Shown here one piece after another: positions 10,199 to 19,933 of a stretch of DNA of 64,000 nucleotides; within the stretch, counting starts at the first letter, position 1; every line of letters starts with the position of its first letter. The position numbers were made by a program, and so were the translations under genes. Source of the stretch: Sphingomonas sp. (GTDB lineage Bacteria > Pseudomonadota > Alphaproteobacteria > Sphingomonadales > Sphingomonadaceae); the NCBI RefSeq assembly GCF_040398505.1, contig NZ_JBBATX010000001.1:14363-78362 (forward strand), written 5' to 3'. The notes under the pieces were generated by a model, which saw only the letters and a list, made by a program, of their open reading frames with translations, did not search any database and was not told the DNA's origin.

Positions 10199-11404
10199 TC
10201 ACAAACCCACCGCGGTCAGCGCGCGGTCGATATCCTCGATCACGTCCTGCACATCTTCCAGCCCGACATTGAGCCGGATCAGCCCCTCAGTCACGCCCAT
10301 TTCGAGCCGCTTTTCCTCGGCAACGCTGGAATGCGTGGTCGAGGCAGGATGCGTCATCAGCGAACGCGAATCGCCGATATTGTTCGAGATGTCGACGAGT
10401 TGCAGCGCGTCGAGCAGACCGTGTGCCTGTTTGCGATCTTCCACTTCGAACGCGAAGATCGGGCCGCACGCTTCCATCTGACTCATTGCGAGGTTGTGCT
10501 GCGGGTGACTCGGCAGACCGGGATGGAGCATCCGCGGCACGCGCGCCTCGATCATCCGCCCGACCTTGAGTGCGTTCTCGGATTGGCGGCGGATGCGCAA
10601 ATCGAGCGTCTCCAGCCCTTTCAGCACGACCCAGGCATTGAACGCGCTCAATGTCGGCCCGGTGTTGCGGGTAAAGGGCAGCAGCGTGTCGTCGATGAAT
10701 TTCTGCGTGCCGCAGACCGCACCCGCCAGCACACGGCCCTGCCCGTCCATCATCTTGGTCGCGCTATAGGCGGTCACGTCCGCGCCGAATTCCATCGGCC
10801 GCTGCAACGCGGGCGTGGCAAAGGCATTGTCGACCACTGAGGTGATCCCGCGTGCGCGCGCGATGCCGCAAACCGTTTTCAGATCAACGATGTCCATCGT
10901 CGGGTTGGCCGGCGTTTCGAAGAAGAACAGCTTGGTATTGGCCTTGGCGGCATCTTCGAACTGTTGCGGGTCGCGTGCATCGACGATGCTCACCTCGATC
11001 CCGAATTTCGGCAACAGCGTGTCGGTCAGCCAGCGGCACGACCCGAACGCAGCGCGCCCGGCGACGATATGGTCGCCGGTCTGAAGCTGGCATAGCAGCA
11101 CGGCGGTCATCGCCGCCATCCCCGTTGCCATCGTCCGGCACGCCTCGGCCCCTTCGAGCAAGGCGATGCGGCCTTCGAGCATTTCGACCGTCGGGTTCTG
11201 CAACCGCGAATAGGTCATGCCTTGCTGCTCGCCGGCAAAGCGCGCGGCGGCATCGGCGGCGCAATCATACGCATAGCCCGATGTCAGGAACAACGCCTCG
11301 GAGGTTTCCCCCCATTCGCTGCGCGCGGTGCCGCCGCGCACGGCTTGTGTTGCGGGGCGCCACTGGCGGGTGATGCTCTGGTCTTGTCCGGTGCGGCGTT
11401 TCAT
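10199..11404 (-). CDS. metZ: O-succinylhomoserine sulfhydrylase (trans-sulfuration PLP enzyme)
   Basis: ETSEALFLTSGY, YSRLQNPT, FETPANP, VVDNAFATP, YSATKMMDGQGRVLAG, THPASTTH. Confidence 0.9.
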   Translation of the reverse strand: MKRRTGQDQSITRQWRPATQAVRGGTARSEWGETSEALFLTSGYAYDCAADAAARFAGEQQGMTYSRLQNPTVEMLEGRIALLEGAEACRTMATGMAAMTAVLLCQLQTGDHIVAGRAAFGSCRWLTDTLLPKFGIEVSIVDARDPQQFEDAAKANTKLFFFETPANPTMDIVDLKTVCGIARARGITSVVDNAFATPALQRPMEFGADVTAYSATKMMDGQGRVLAGAVCGTQKFIDDTLLPFTRNTGPTLSAFNAWVVLKGLETLDLRIRRQSENALKVGRMIEARVPRMLHPGLPSHPQHNLAMSQMEACGPIFAFEVEDRKQAHGLLDALQLVDISNNIGDSRSLMTHPASTTHSSVAEEKRLEMGVTEGLIRLNVGLEDVQDVIEDIDRALTAVGL

Positions 11405-11495
11405 GTGGCACGCTTTGCCGGGAGCGCGCGGCTCCCGTCAATGGGAATGCGGGCGAACGCTTGAAAGGAATGGCATGAGCGGGAATAGAGGCGCT

Positions 11496-12779
11496 GTGAC
11501 GCATCCTCAGCCCAGCCCTTATCGCGCCGCCGCGATCCTCGCGCTGCTGGCGCAGACCCTGTTTTGTTATCGCCTTACGATTCCATCAAAATTGATGTTC
11601 GACGAAGTGCATTACGTTCCGGCGGCGCGAAAATTGATCGCCTTGGTCGGCCCAAACAATGTCGAGCATCCGTTGCTGGCGAAGGAAATCATCGCGAGCG
11701 GGATCCTGCTGTTCGGCGACAATGCCCTGGGCTGGCGCTTCTTCTCGACGCTCGCGGGCACGGCGACGGTGCTGGGGGTGTTCGCGATCGTGTGGCTGAT
11801 GCTGGGACGCGTCCGCCCGGCGGTGTTTGGCGCGCTGTTCGCGTTGTTCAACTTCACGCTGTTCGTGCAAGCGCGGATCGCGATGCTCGACGGGTTCATG
11901 GCGGCGTTCACGCTGCTCGGCATCGCCAGCCTGTTATGGGCGATGCGCGCCGACGATGCGCGGACGGCGTGGTCGCGCTGGCTGTTGGGGAGCCTTTTGC
12001 TCGGGCTGGCGGTCGCGTCGAAATGGAGTGCCGCGCCCTTTGTTGCGTTTGCCGCGATCGCCTTTGTCGCGGTCCGGCTGAACGATGCGCGCGCGCGCGG
12101 GCGCTCGGTCTATGCTGCGCTCAATGCCGGCGGGCAGCGCCATTGGCCCGGGATGGCGGCAGTTCCGGCGATCCTCACGCTCGGCGCGGTCAGCGTGACG
12201 GCCTATTTCCTGACCTTTGCCCCGGCCTTTTTCTACCATCTCGACCCGATGACGCTGGGTAAGCTACTGCCGTTCCAGGCCAAAATGTATGCCCAGCAGA
12301 CGCAAATCCTGCCGTCGCACCCCTACCAATCATCGTGGTGGAGCTGGCCGTTCATGGTCCGCCCGATCTGGTACCTCTATGAACCGGCCGACGGGGCGCA
12401 GCGCGGGGTACTGCTGATCGGCAATCTCGCGATCCTCTATGGCGGGTTGACCGCGGTGGCGGCGTGCCTCTTCGGCTGGTGGCGTGACCGCAGCGCGGTC
12501 TTGCTGGCAGCCGCGGGATTGTGGATCGGCAGCTATGCGGTGTGGGCGGTGATCCCCAAGTCGATCGGCTTTTTCTATTATTATTATCTGCCGAGCATCT
12601 TCCTGTGCATCGCGTTCGCCGTCGCGCTCGACCATTTCAAACGCGGCAAACGCTGGGATGAAGGGGTGTTGATCGTCGTGCTGGGGATGTTCGTGCTGTT
12701 CTACCCCGTGCTCTCGGCAGCGCCGCTATCGGGGCCAAACGCCTTCCATTTCTGGACGTGGTTTCCGAGCTGGGTCTAG
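11496..12779 (+). CDS. Lipid-carrier-dependent glycosyltransferase, PMT/GT39-like
   Basis: FDEVHYVPAA, EHPLLAK, RIAMLDGF, SKWS, HPYQSSWWSWP..RPIWY, FFYYYYLP; many TM helices. Start is GTG 11496 or ATG 11475. Confidence 0.88.
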   Translation: MTHPQPSPYRAAAILALLAQTLFCYRLTIPSKLMFDEVHYVPAARKLIALVGPNNVEHPLLAKEIIASGILLFGDNALGWRFFSTLAGTATVLGVFAIVWLMLGRVRPAVFGALFALFNFTLFVQARIAMLDGFMAAFTLLGIASLLWAMRADDARTAWSRWLLGSLLLGLAVASKWSAAPFVAFAAIAFVAVRLNDARARGRSVYAALNAGGQRHWPGMAAVPAILTLGAVSVTAYFLTFAPAFFYHLDPMTLGKLLPFQAKMYAQQTQILPSHPYQSSWWSWPFMVRPIWYLYEPADGAQRGVLLIGNLAILYGGLTAVAACLFGWWRDRSAVLLAAAGLWIGSYAVWAVIPKSIGFFYYYYLPSIFLCIAFAVALDHFKRGKRWDEGVLIVVLGMFVLFYPVLSAAPLSGPNAFHFWTWFPSWV

Positions 12780-12789
12780 TTCCCCCCCG

Positions 12790-12862
12790 TTGTCATCCCC
12801 GCGAAAGCGGGGACCCAGCTCCACCGGCATGAGATGGGTCCCCGCTTTCGCGGGGATGACAA
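12790..12862. repeat. Palindromic intergenic repeat, family B-like (GTCATCCCCGCGAAAGCGGGGACCCA), between convergent genes
   Basis: ttgtcatccccgcgaaagcggggaccca followed by its exact inverse tgggtccccgctttcgcggggatgacaa. Confidence 0.92.
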
Positions 12863-12872
12863 AGGTGTCCGC

Positions 12873-13973
12873 TCAATACCGCCCCCACACAAAGCGCGAC
12901 GACAGCGCGAAATTCCACACCGCCGCAACGACAATCCCGGCCAGCGCCGACAGCGCCCAGGCACCGTGCTGCACCTCGAACAGAAACGCCGCGACGCCGA
13001 CATTGGCCACCGCCCCGACCGCGCAGACGAGGCAGAACGATACCCACCCGTCGAACAGCGCGCGCGCGCCCTTCAAGCGCCGCTCGCGATAGGTCAGCGC
13101 GTTGTTGAGGAAGAAATTGAAGGTCATCGCGACCACGGTCGCCACGATCGTCGCCGCGACGAATTCCAGCCCGCTCTCGCGGAACAGCGCCCATAGCACC
13201 GCCAGATGCACCAGCGCGCCGATCGCCCCGATCGCGGAGAACATCACGAAGCGCACCGGCACGATCCGCCCGAACATCCGGTCGTACAAGGCGATCAGAA
13301 ATTCCATCGCCACGACATAATCGAGCTTGCTCTCGCCCTCGGTGCGCAAGCGGAAGGTGTAGGGGAGTTCGAGGAATTTGAGCGGACGCGGGCTCGCGGT
13401 CATGATGTCGAGCAGAATCTTGAAGCCGATCGCCGACAGCGACGGGATCATCGCGCGCACGATCGCGCTGCGGATCATGAAAAAGCCGCTCATCGGATCG
13501 TTGAGATCGGCTTTCAGCACCCGCCGCGAAATCCGGGTCGCCAGCGCCGATTTCGCGACGCGGTCATGGTCCCATTCGCCCGTCCCGCCGCCCGCGACGA
13601 AGCGCGAGCCGATCACCACGTCGAGCGCTGCATCGGCCTGCAACGCATCGAGCATCGCGGGCAGGATCGTCTCGTCATGCTGCAGATCGCCATCGATCAC
13701 CGCGACCACGGGTGCCGCGGTCGCGCACATGCCCTCGATACAGGCCGAGGACAGCCCGCGCCGCCCGATCCGCTGGATCACGCGCACGCGTCGGTCGGTC
13801 AGCGCAATGTCGCGCGCGGCCTGCGCGGTGCCGTCGGGGCTGTCATCATCGACGAAGATCGCTTCCCACGCCCGCCCGGCCAGCGCCGCGTCAAGCTTCG
13901 CGATCAGCAGCGGCACATTGCGCAGCTCGTTGAAGGTCGGAATGACGACCGCCAGTTCGAGAGTCTCCCTCAT
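12873..13973 (-). CDS. GT2 polyprenol-phosphate glycosyltransferase (DPM1-like) fused to a GtrA domain
   Basis: [44 protein letters not shown]; C-terminal four-TM GtrA-like region. ATGA-coupled to leuB. Confidence 0.92.
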   Translation of the reverse strand: MRETLELAVVIPTFNELRNVPLLIAKLDAALAGRAWEAIFVDDDSPDGTAQAARDIALTDRRVRVIQRIGRRGLSSACIEGMCATAAPVVAVIDGDLQHDETILPAMLDALQADAALDVVIGSRFVAGGGTGEWDHDRVAKSALATRISRRVLKADLNDPMSGFFMIRSAIVRAMIPSLSAIGFKILLDIMTASPRPLKFLELPYTFRLRTEGESKLDYVVAMEFLIALYDRMFGRIVPVRFVMFSAIGAIGALVHLAVLWALFRESGLEFVAATIVATVVAMTFNFFLNNALTYRERRLKGARALFDGWVSFCLVCAVGAVANVGVAAFLFEVQHGAWALSALAGIVVAAVWNFALSSRFVWGRY

Positions 13974-15022
13974 GCAAGCGCGGCCAGCACCGCATCGCCC
14001 ATCGCTTCGGTCGACAGCGTACCGCCCAGATCCGGCGTGCGCGCGCCGCCACTGATCGCGGCGATCACCGCCGCCTCGATCCGTAGCGCCGAGGCTTGAT
14101 CCGCCAATGAATGCCGCAGCAACATCGCCGCCGACAGGATCGCCGCACACGGATTGGCCTTGCCTTGGCCGGCAATATCCGGCGCCGATCCATGGATCGG
14201 TTCGTACAGCCCGCACGTCCCCTGCCACTCGTTGAGCGACGCCGAGGGCAGCATCCCGATCGACCCGACGCACATGCTCGCCTGATCCGACAGGATGTCG
14301 CCAAACAGATTGCCCGTCACGATCACGTCGAACGCACCGGGATTGCGCACCAGCTGCATCGCGGCATTATCGACATACATGTGCGTCAGCGTGACCTCGG
14401 GATAATCGAGCGCGATTTCGTTGACCACCTCGCGCCACAATTGCGAAGTCTCAAGGACGTTGGCCTTGTCGACCGACGTGATGATCCGCTTGCGCCGCTG
14501 CGCCATTTCGAACCCGACGCGCGCGATCCGCGCGACTTCGACCTCGTCATAGCGCATCATGTCATGGCCTTCGCGCAGACCCTTGTGCGTGATGCCGCGG
14601 CCCTTGTCGCCGAAATAGACGTCGCCGGTTAGCTCGCGCACGATCACCATGTCGATCGCGCGCGCGATCTCGGGCCGCATCGCGGACGCATCTTCGAGGC
14701 CCGGGAACAGCTTGGCGGGGCGCAAATTGGCGAACAGGCCGAGCGCCTTGCGCAGACCGAGGATCGCCTGTTCGGGCCGCAGCGCGCGCTCAAGCCCGTC
14801 CATTTCGGGGTCGCCGACCGCGCCGAACAGGATCGCATCGGCGCGCTTGGCGAGCGCGAGCGTCTCGGGCGGAAGCGGATGGCTGGTCGCGCGGTACGCA
14901 GCACCGCCGACCGGCGCGGTTTCGAATGTATGGCCAAGGTCGAGCGCTTCGAGCACGCGCCGCGCCTCGCGCGTTACTTCCGGGCCGATGCCGTCACCGG
15001 CGAGAATTGCGATCAGTGCCAC
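13970..15022 (-). CDS. leuB: 3-isopropylmalate dehydrogenase
   Basis: [53 protein letters not shown]; GTG start. Confidence 0.97.
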   Translation of the reverse strand: MALIAILAGDGIGPEVTREARRVLEALDLGHTFETAPVGGAAYRATSHPLPPETLALAKRADAILFGAVGDPEMDGLERALRPEQAILGLRKALGLFANLRPAKLFPGLEDASAMRPEIARAIDMVIVRELTGDVYFGDKGRGITHKGLREGHDMMRYDEVEVARIARVGFEMAQRRKRIITSVDKANVLETSQLWREVVNEIALDYPEVTLTHMYVDNAAMQLVRNPGAFDVIVTGNLFGDILSDQASMCVGSIGMLPSASLNEWQGTCGLYEPIHGSAPDIAGQGKANPCAAILSAAMLLRHSLADQASALRIEAAVIAAISGGARTPDLGGTLSTEAMGDAVLAALA

Positions 15023-15030
15023 ACAAAATT

Positions 15031-15119
15031 CCGTTCGGGCTGAGGCTGTCGAAGCCCTGCTCTCATCTTCCACCCGCAAGGAAGAAAGAACAGTCCTTCG
15101 ACAAGCTCAGGACGAACGG
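15031..15119. repeat. Palindromic intergenic repeat, family A
   Basis: ccgttcgggctgaggctgtcgaag ... cttcgacaagctcaggacgaacgg. Confidence 0.88.
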
Positions 15120-15149
15120 GCACGGGTGTCCTTGCCGAGACGCGGGGCT

Positions 15150-15776
15150 TCACGCAACCGCCCTTTTCAGCCGATCGACCAGCCGGGCGCGCGCATCGAG
15201 CGTTACGGCGCGCCGCTCGACCAGAATTTGCGCGGCGAGCGCCTCGCCCGTGATCGCCAGCGCCTCCAGAATTTCGGGCCATTCGGGCGCCACACCGCTT
15301 GCGAGCGCCAGCGGCAGCGTCTCGCGCTCAAGCCCATATCCAAGCTCGGCCAGCACCAGCAATTCGTAGCGCGCCAGCGCCAGCGCCCAGCCCCGCGCCG
15401 CAGGTGCCGCCGCAATCGCTTCGATCGTCGCGTCGAGCGCGGCATACAGGCGCGGATAGGGCTGCGCTTCGGGCAAAGCCACAGCGGTCAGCGTCGTCAC
15501 CCAATCGAGCGCCAGCGCGGGCAGCGGCTCGGCATAAAGCGGCGCGCGGCTGGTGACGAGTTCGACGGCGAGGCTGGCGAGCTGCTCATCGGTCCGCGCG
15601 CGCCATTCGCCGATCACGCGATTGGCGGGCTGCAGGATCGGGCGAATCCGGCTCGACCGCCCGCCCCGGACATAGCCCGCTTGCAGGCCATGCTCGGCGG
15701 TGAGTGCGCGCACGATCGCGCCATGTTCGCCGTGGTGACGGATCGCGAGGATCAGGGCTTCGGCGCGCAGGTACAT
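15150..15776 (-). CDS. recO: DNA repair protein RecO
   Basis: HGEHGAIVRALTAEHG..GYVRGG, LQPAN, LPEAQPYPRLY, ELLVLAELGYGL. Short form without the Zn finger. Confidence 0.93.
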   Translation of the reverse strand: MYLRAEALILAIRHHGEHGAIVRALTAEHGLQAGYVRGGRSSRIRPILQPANRVIGEWRARTDEQLASLAVELVTSRAPLYAEPLPALALDWVTTLTAVALPEAQPYPRLYAALDATIEAIAAAPAARGWALALARYELLVLAELGYGLERETLPLALASGVAPEWPEILEALAITGEALAAQILVERRAVTLDARARLVDRLKRAVA

Positions 15777-15820
15777 TGTTGGTGTTTAGCGAACGCGTGG
15801 GGCTTGGCGATGGCCTAAAT

Positions 15821-15921
15821 CCGTTCGGCCCCGGACTTGATCCGGGGTTGTCGCCCCCCCTCTCGCCACACCGCCGCCGTCTGTGGGGACAGGTGCCCGT
15901 CGACAGGCGCGGGGCGAACGG
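15821..15921. repeat. Degenerate family A repeat with nested CCCCGGACTTGATCCGGGG hairpin
   Basis: ccgttcgg-ccccggacttgatccgggg-ttgtcg ... cgacaggcgcggggcgaacgg. Confidence 0.75.
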
Positions 15922-15929
15922 CGGGGTGC

Positions 15930-16865
15930 CTACCGCCGCAGCGTCTTCGCCAGCCCCGCCAGCCCCCAGCGCGCGACCGCGCGCTTGCCCCATGCCGCGC
16001 TCAGGTCGAACGCGCCGAGCGCCGCCAGCGTCGCGCGGTTCGCGAGCGAAGCGCGCAGCAGCAGCAAGTCGAGGCATTCGGCCCCATGCGTGGCAAAGCT
16101 GCGCTTGTGCTGCCCGTCGCCCTCGGTAAAATCGAACCAGCGCAAGCCCGGCTCGGCGTACAGGTCGCGCATCGCCTCAAGCATCAGCACGCCGCCCGGC
16201 GAAAGATCGTTGAACGCCGGATCGTGCCCGACATGATCGTAGCGCACCGTGCCATTCTCGATCGGGCAATACAGATACGCCGCTGGCTCCCCTGCAACGT
16301 ACAGCAGCCAGGCGCGCACCGCGCCCGCCGCCGCCAGCGCGTACATGCTGGCCAGAAACGTCGGATCGTCGGGCAATCCGCCGCCGAGCAACCGTTCCTG
16401 ATAGGTGCGCAGCGAAATCCGGCGCGCGGTGTCGTGGAAGACGTTCAGCTCATCGGCGGTGCGGAACCGCCGTATATCGAGCACCCCGCCCGATACCTCC
16501 ATCACGCGCTTGGCCTTGCGTTTCATGCCCGAGCGCGTGTTGCCCGAGAGCGCCGCCTGATAGGCGTCGAAACCGATCGTCAGATCGGCATAATGCCGCG
16601 TATAGCGTTGCCGGGCATGCGCGATCATCCCCGCGCCCGCCGCCGCCATTGCGCCGCCCAAGGCCAGCGGCAGCGACGTAATGGCATAGCCATGCGCCGA
16701 TCGTTCAAGCGGCGGCAGAGTCGGCAGCCGTCCGTCCAGAACCATATCGAGCGACAGCGGCACGCGCACGAGCTGGCGCTGCACCGCGGCGATTGTCCGC
16801 GCGCCGATCTGGAAACGCAGCGGCAGCGGCTCGGCGTTTCCGGCAAGGACGATCGGCGCGGACAT
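15930..16865 (-). CDS. GNAT family acetyltransferase (CelD/BcsL-like)
   Basis: FDAYQAALSGNTRSGMKRK, GHDPAFNDLSPGGVL, WFDFTEGDGQHK. Confidence 0.85.
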   Translation of the reverse strand: MSAPIVLAGNAEPLPLRFQIGARTIAAVQRQLVRVPLSLDMVLDGRLPTLPPLERSAHGYAITSLPLALGGAMAAAGAGMIAHARQRYTRHYADLTIGFDAYQAALSGNTRSGMKRKAKRVMEVSGGVLDIRRFRTADELNVFHDTARRISLRTYQERLLGGGLPDDPTFLASMYALAAAGAVRAWLLYVAGEPAAYLYCPIENGTVRYDHVGHDPAFNDLSPGGVLMLEAMRDLYAEPGLRWFDFTEGDGQHKRSFATHGAECLDLLLLRASLANRATLAALGAFDLSAAWGKRAVARWGLAGLAKTLRR

Positions 16866-16912
16866 CTCCCGGGACCTACCGCGCGAGCGTGAAGAAAGCG
16901 CTAAGCCGCGCC

Positions 16913-18316
16913 TCAGTCGCCCGTCAGGATGCGGTCCACCAATTGCTTTACCGTCGGCACGAAGCCGTTCGAATAAAACGGATCGCGCTTGAACTGATAC
17001 GCACCGTGCCCGGCGAACATCAGATTCTGCTCGATCTCACCGCCATGCGCGATGTCCTGCAGCGTCTTCTGGATACAGAAACTGCGCGGATCGGCGAGGC
17101 GTCCGGTCGAATTGGTTTCGGTGTCAGACCAGCTCGAAAACGCGCACTGGCTCAGACACCCCATGCACTCCGCCTGATCCTTGCGGATCACGATCTTGTC
17201 CGCGGGCGTGACGAAGACGAGCGTGTTGTCGGGCGTTTTCAGCGCATCGGTAAAGCCCGCGCCATACCATTGCCGCGTGCGCAACAGGTCCCCGAGCGTC
17301 ACCCAGAAATTCTTGCCCTTCACCCCGACATCGAGCTGATGCGTATGGTCGCCCGCGCTTTGCGTCGAAAAGGCGATTTGCCGATCGGAGCGCGCCTGCA
17401 AATGCCGCAGGAACGGGTTGAGCACCGCACTCGAATAAAAACCGGTCGGGGAAAAGCGGTGGAGCAGCACCTCGCCTTCCTCAATATTGGTCAGCTTCGC
17501 CTTCCAGCCTTCGGGAATCGGGCTTTCCTGTGTCAGCAACGGGCGCGTGCCGAACTGAAAGGCAATGCTGCCGAGTTCGGGATTGTCGATCCAGTCCGAC
17601 CAGTCGCGCAGATACCACACGCCGCCCGCCATCACGATCGGCACCGAGTCCGAAATGCCGCCTTCGCGCATCGTTTCGCGCAGCGCCTTCACGCGCGGAT
17701 AGGGGTCCTGCGGCACGAGCGGGTCTTCGGCATTCGACAGGCCGTTATGTCCGCCGGCCAGCCATGGATCCTCATACACCACCGCCGACAGCCATTCCGA
17801 CGCCTTCGAATAGGCACGCTTCCACAGCGCGCGGAAGGCACGGCCCGAACTGACGATCGGCAGATAGCTCACTTCATACGATGCCGTAATCTCGGAGAGC
17901 TTGTACGGCATCCCCGCGCCGCAGGTGACGCCCGACACGAGCCCGCGCGTGCGCTCCAGCACGCCGTGCAGAATACGTTGCGCCCCGCCCATTTCCCACA
18001 GCACGTTAATGTTGATCGCACCCTTGCCACCGGCAATGTCGAACGCGCGGCGGACCTGCTGAACCGCGCCCTCAATCGCATATTCGATCAGCTCTTCATG
18101 CCGTTCGCGCCGGGTCAGCGCTTTGTAGATTTGCGGGATGATCTTGCCGTCGGGATCGTAACTGTCGGCATTGACCGCCGAAACCGTACCGATTCCGCCG
18201 GCCGCCGCCCATGCCCCCGCGCTTGCGTGGTTGGTCGCGGCGACACCCTTGCCACCCTCTACGATCGGCCAAACCTCACGGCCGCCATAAACGATGGGCT
18301 TCAGACCTTTGAACAA
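16913..18316 (-). CDS. Nitronate monooxygenase-like FMN oxidoreductase with Cys cluster (FabX/UfaA-like)
   Basis: PIVEGGKGV, CGAGMP, EDPWLAGGHNG, MAGGV, QFGTR, CMGCLSQC, FCI, LMFAG; TTG start. Confidence 0.85.
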   Translation of the reverse strand: MFKGLKPIVYGGREVWPIVEGGKGVAATNHASAGAWAAAGGIGTVSAVNADSYDPDGKIIPQIYKALTRRERHEELIEYAIEGAVQQVRRAFDIAGGKGAININVLWEMGGAQRILHGVLERTRGLVSGVTCGAGMPYKLSEITASYEVSYLPIVSSGRAFRALWKRAYSKASEWLSAVVYEDPWLAGGHNGLSNAEDPLVPQDPYPRVKALRETMREGGISDSVPIVMAGGVWYLRDWSDWIDNPELGSIAFQFGTRPLLTQESPIPEGWKAKLTNIEEGEVLLHRFSPTGFYSSAVLNPFLRHLQARSDRQIAFSTQSAGDHTHQLDVGVKGKNFWVTLGDLLRTRQWYGAGFTDALKTPDNTLVFVTPADKIVIRKDQAECMGCLSQCAFSSWSDTETNSTGRLADPRSFCIQKTLQDIAHGGEIEQNLMFAGHGAYQFKRDPFYSNGFVPTVKQLVDRILTGD

Positions 18317-18384
18317 CGCAACAGACCTCCGAGAAATAAGTACGCTTGGTATAGGCGTTGGATGCGTCCCGCCGCAAATCGCAT

Positions 18385-19524
18385 TTAGGAAAACGCATCC
18401 GGGCGGCCGATCACGCCGCCATATAACGCGGAATAGCGCGCGATCATGGTCGCTTCGTCATAGTCGGCGACCGCCTTGGCACGGTTCTTCTCGCCAAGCC
18501 AGGAACGCCCCTCCTTGGGCGATTTGGCCAGCGCCTCGAGCGCGTCGCGCAGCAGCACTTCCTGCGTGCGCTCCTCAATATAGGCGCGGTTTTCGGGCAC
18601 GACCATCCGCAATACGTCGCCGACGGGCGTCGAGACGATCGGCAGCCCCGCCGCCATGCCCTCGATCACGCAAATCGGGAATTGCTCGCTCTTCGAGGAC
18701 AGCGCCAGTATGTCGAACAGCCCGATATACTCGTGCGGGTTGGGCAGGAAGCCGGGCATCACCAGCTGATCCCCCATCCCCATGCGCTCTGCCGTGTCGA
18801 GGATCGCCTGCCGCTCGGGCCCCTCGCCGACGATCACCAGCCGAACGCGCGTCGACATCCCGCCGACGGCGCGCACCAGCATCGGCAAATCCTTGACCTC
18901 GCGCAGGCCCGCCAGCGTCCCGATCACGACTTCGCCCGGCTTGCGCTTGAACCCCGGAATGGCGTTGAACTTGGGCTTTTTGGCGTAAAGCGCGGTGTCG
19001 ATGCCGTTGGCGATGCGGTGGACGCGGCCGCGCGGCTGCTTCCAAATCTTGAGCGCAATGTCTTCCAGCGTCTCCGACGGCACCACCAGCGCCGCCGCCT
19101 TGGTCAGCGCGAGGCGGCGGTAGATGTTACGCTGCGGCTTCAGCCACTTGGCCTCATCGGCATTGAACCCGTCTTCGTGGTGGATCAGCGGCGGCACACC
19201 CTTCGACGCAACACGCCGCGCCATCGCCCCGTCGATCGCGCCCCAATTATACGTCAGCACCAGATCGAAGCGGCGCATATAGGCGGCAATCGCCTCGTAG
19301 CGCGTGACCGAGGGTCCACCCGTCAGCGAGGGCGCATTCTGCGCGATCTCATAGTCGATGCCGGTCGCGATGGCATCCCTCGCGCCATATTGCCCCTCCA
19401 TCCCCGACACGATCGTGTGGCGCGCCCGGTCCCCGAAAACATTCATCAGCCGCACCGCACGCGCTTCCTTGCCGCCGAGCGAGAAGCTGGAATGGAGGTG
19501 CAGGATGTTGACCGGACGAGGCAT
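18385..19524 (-). CDS. Glycosyltransferase family 4
   Basis: GGKE, HHEDG, IANGID, LREVKD, SKSEQFPICVIEGMAAGLPIV (EX7E motif). Confidence 0.92.
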   Translation of the reverse strand: MPRPVNILHLHSSFSLGGKEARAVRLMNVFGDRARHTIVSGMEGQYGARDAIATGIDYEIAQNAPSLTGGPSVTRYEAIAAYMRRFDLVLTYNWGAIDGAMARRVASKGVPPLIHHEDGFNADEAKWLKPQRNIYRRLALTKAAALVVPSETLEDIALKIWKQPRGRVHRIANGIDTALYAKKPKFNAIPGFKRKPGEVVIGTLAGLREVKDLPMLVRAVGGMSTRVRLVIVGEGPERQAILDTAERMGMGDQLVMPGFLPNPHEYIGLFDILALSSKSEQFPICVIEGMAAGLPIVSTPVGDVLRMVVPENRAYIEERTQEVLLRDALEALAKSPKEGRSWLGEKNRAKAVADYDEATMIARYSALYGGVIGRPDAFS

Positions 19525-19567
19525 TGCCGCGCCGGTTAGCCGGAAATACGTCGCACGTCATCTCCTC

Positions 19568-19596
19568 TTGAAAGTCGATCGGGTGCGCAATACGTA
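19568..19596 (+). promoter_or_regulatory. Putative sigma70/RpoH-type promoter for the YdcH-Bax inhibitor transcript
   Basis: TTGAAA-N17-TACGTA directly upstream of the structured leader. Confidence 0.55.
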
Positions 19597-19608
19597 TGGT
19601 GTGCGACC

Positions 19609-19683
19609 GGGCCCCTCTGGCGAGGGCTGAAAAGCCCTCGTGATGTCGGACCGCATCGAGCTAGCTCGGTGCAAGGACGGCCC
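19609..19683 (+). ncRNA. Structured cis-regulatory RNA, probably the sul1 motif (orphan riboswitch candidate)
   Basis: Nested stems visible in the sequence: GGGCC/GGCCC, TCTGGC/GTCGGA, CGAGGGC-TGAAAA-GCCCTCG, GCATCGAG-CTAG-CTCGGTGC. The ATGTCGGACCGCA..TGCAAGGACGG core matches my recollection of sul1; the family name is not verified. Confidence 0.7.
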
Positions 19684-19742
19684 TTTTGTCCCCTCCCCAG
19701 CCAAGCAGCCCGATCGATCGACCCATCGACCAGGAGCCTGTC

Positions 19743-19919
19743 ATGACCCGACTTATCGACCGCCTGATTACACTTCACCGTGCGATCGACGCTGCCGTGC
19801 TGCGCGAGCGCCAGCATCTCATCCCCGATCCGCTCCGCATCGCCGCGCTGAAAAAGCGTCGGCTGGCGATCAAGGACCGCATTCACCGCGCACTCGTGCG
19901 CCGACTCGCAACCGCTTAA
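19743..19919 (+). CDS. YdcH/DUF465-like small coiled-coil protein
   Basis: AGGAG RBS; LITLHRAIDAAVLRE..PDPLRIAALKKRRLAIKDRI. Confidence 0.85.
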   Translation: MTRLIDRLITLHRAIDAAVLRERQHLIPDPLRIAALKKRRLAIKDRIHRALVRRLATA

Positions 19920-19933
19920 CGAGGAATCATTCC

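Noticed and set aside
11405-11460. SAM riboswitch upstream of metZ
   Set aside because: The small GGGAGC/GCTCCC hairpin lies within a TTGACG promoter spacer and the gene looks leaderless; I see no SAM-II or SAM-SAH consensus.
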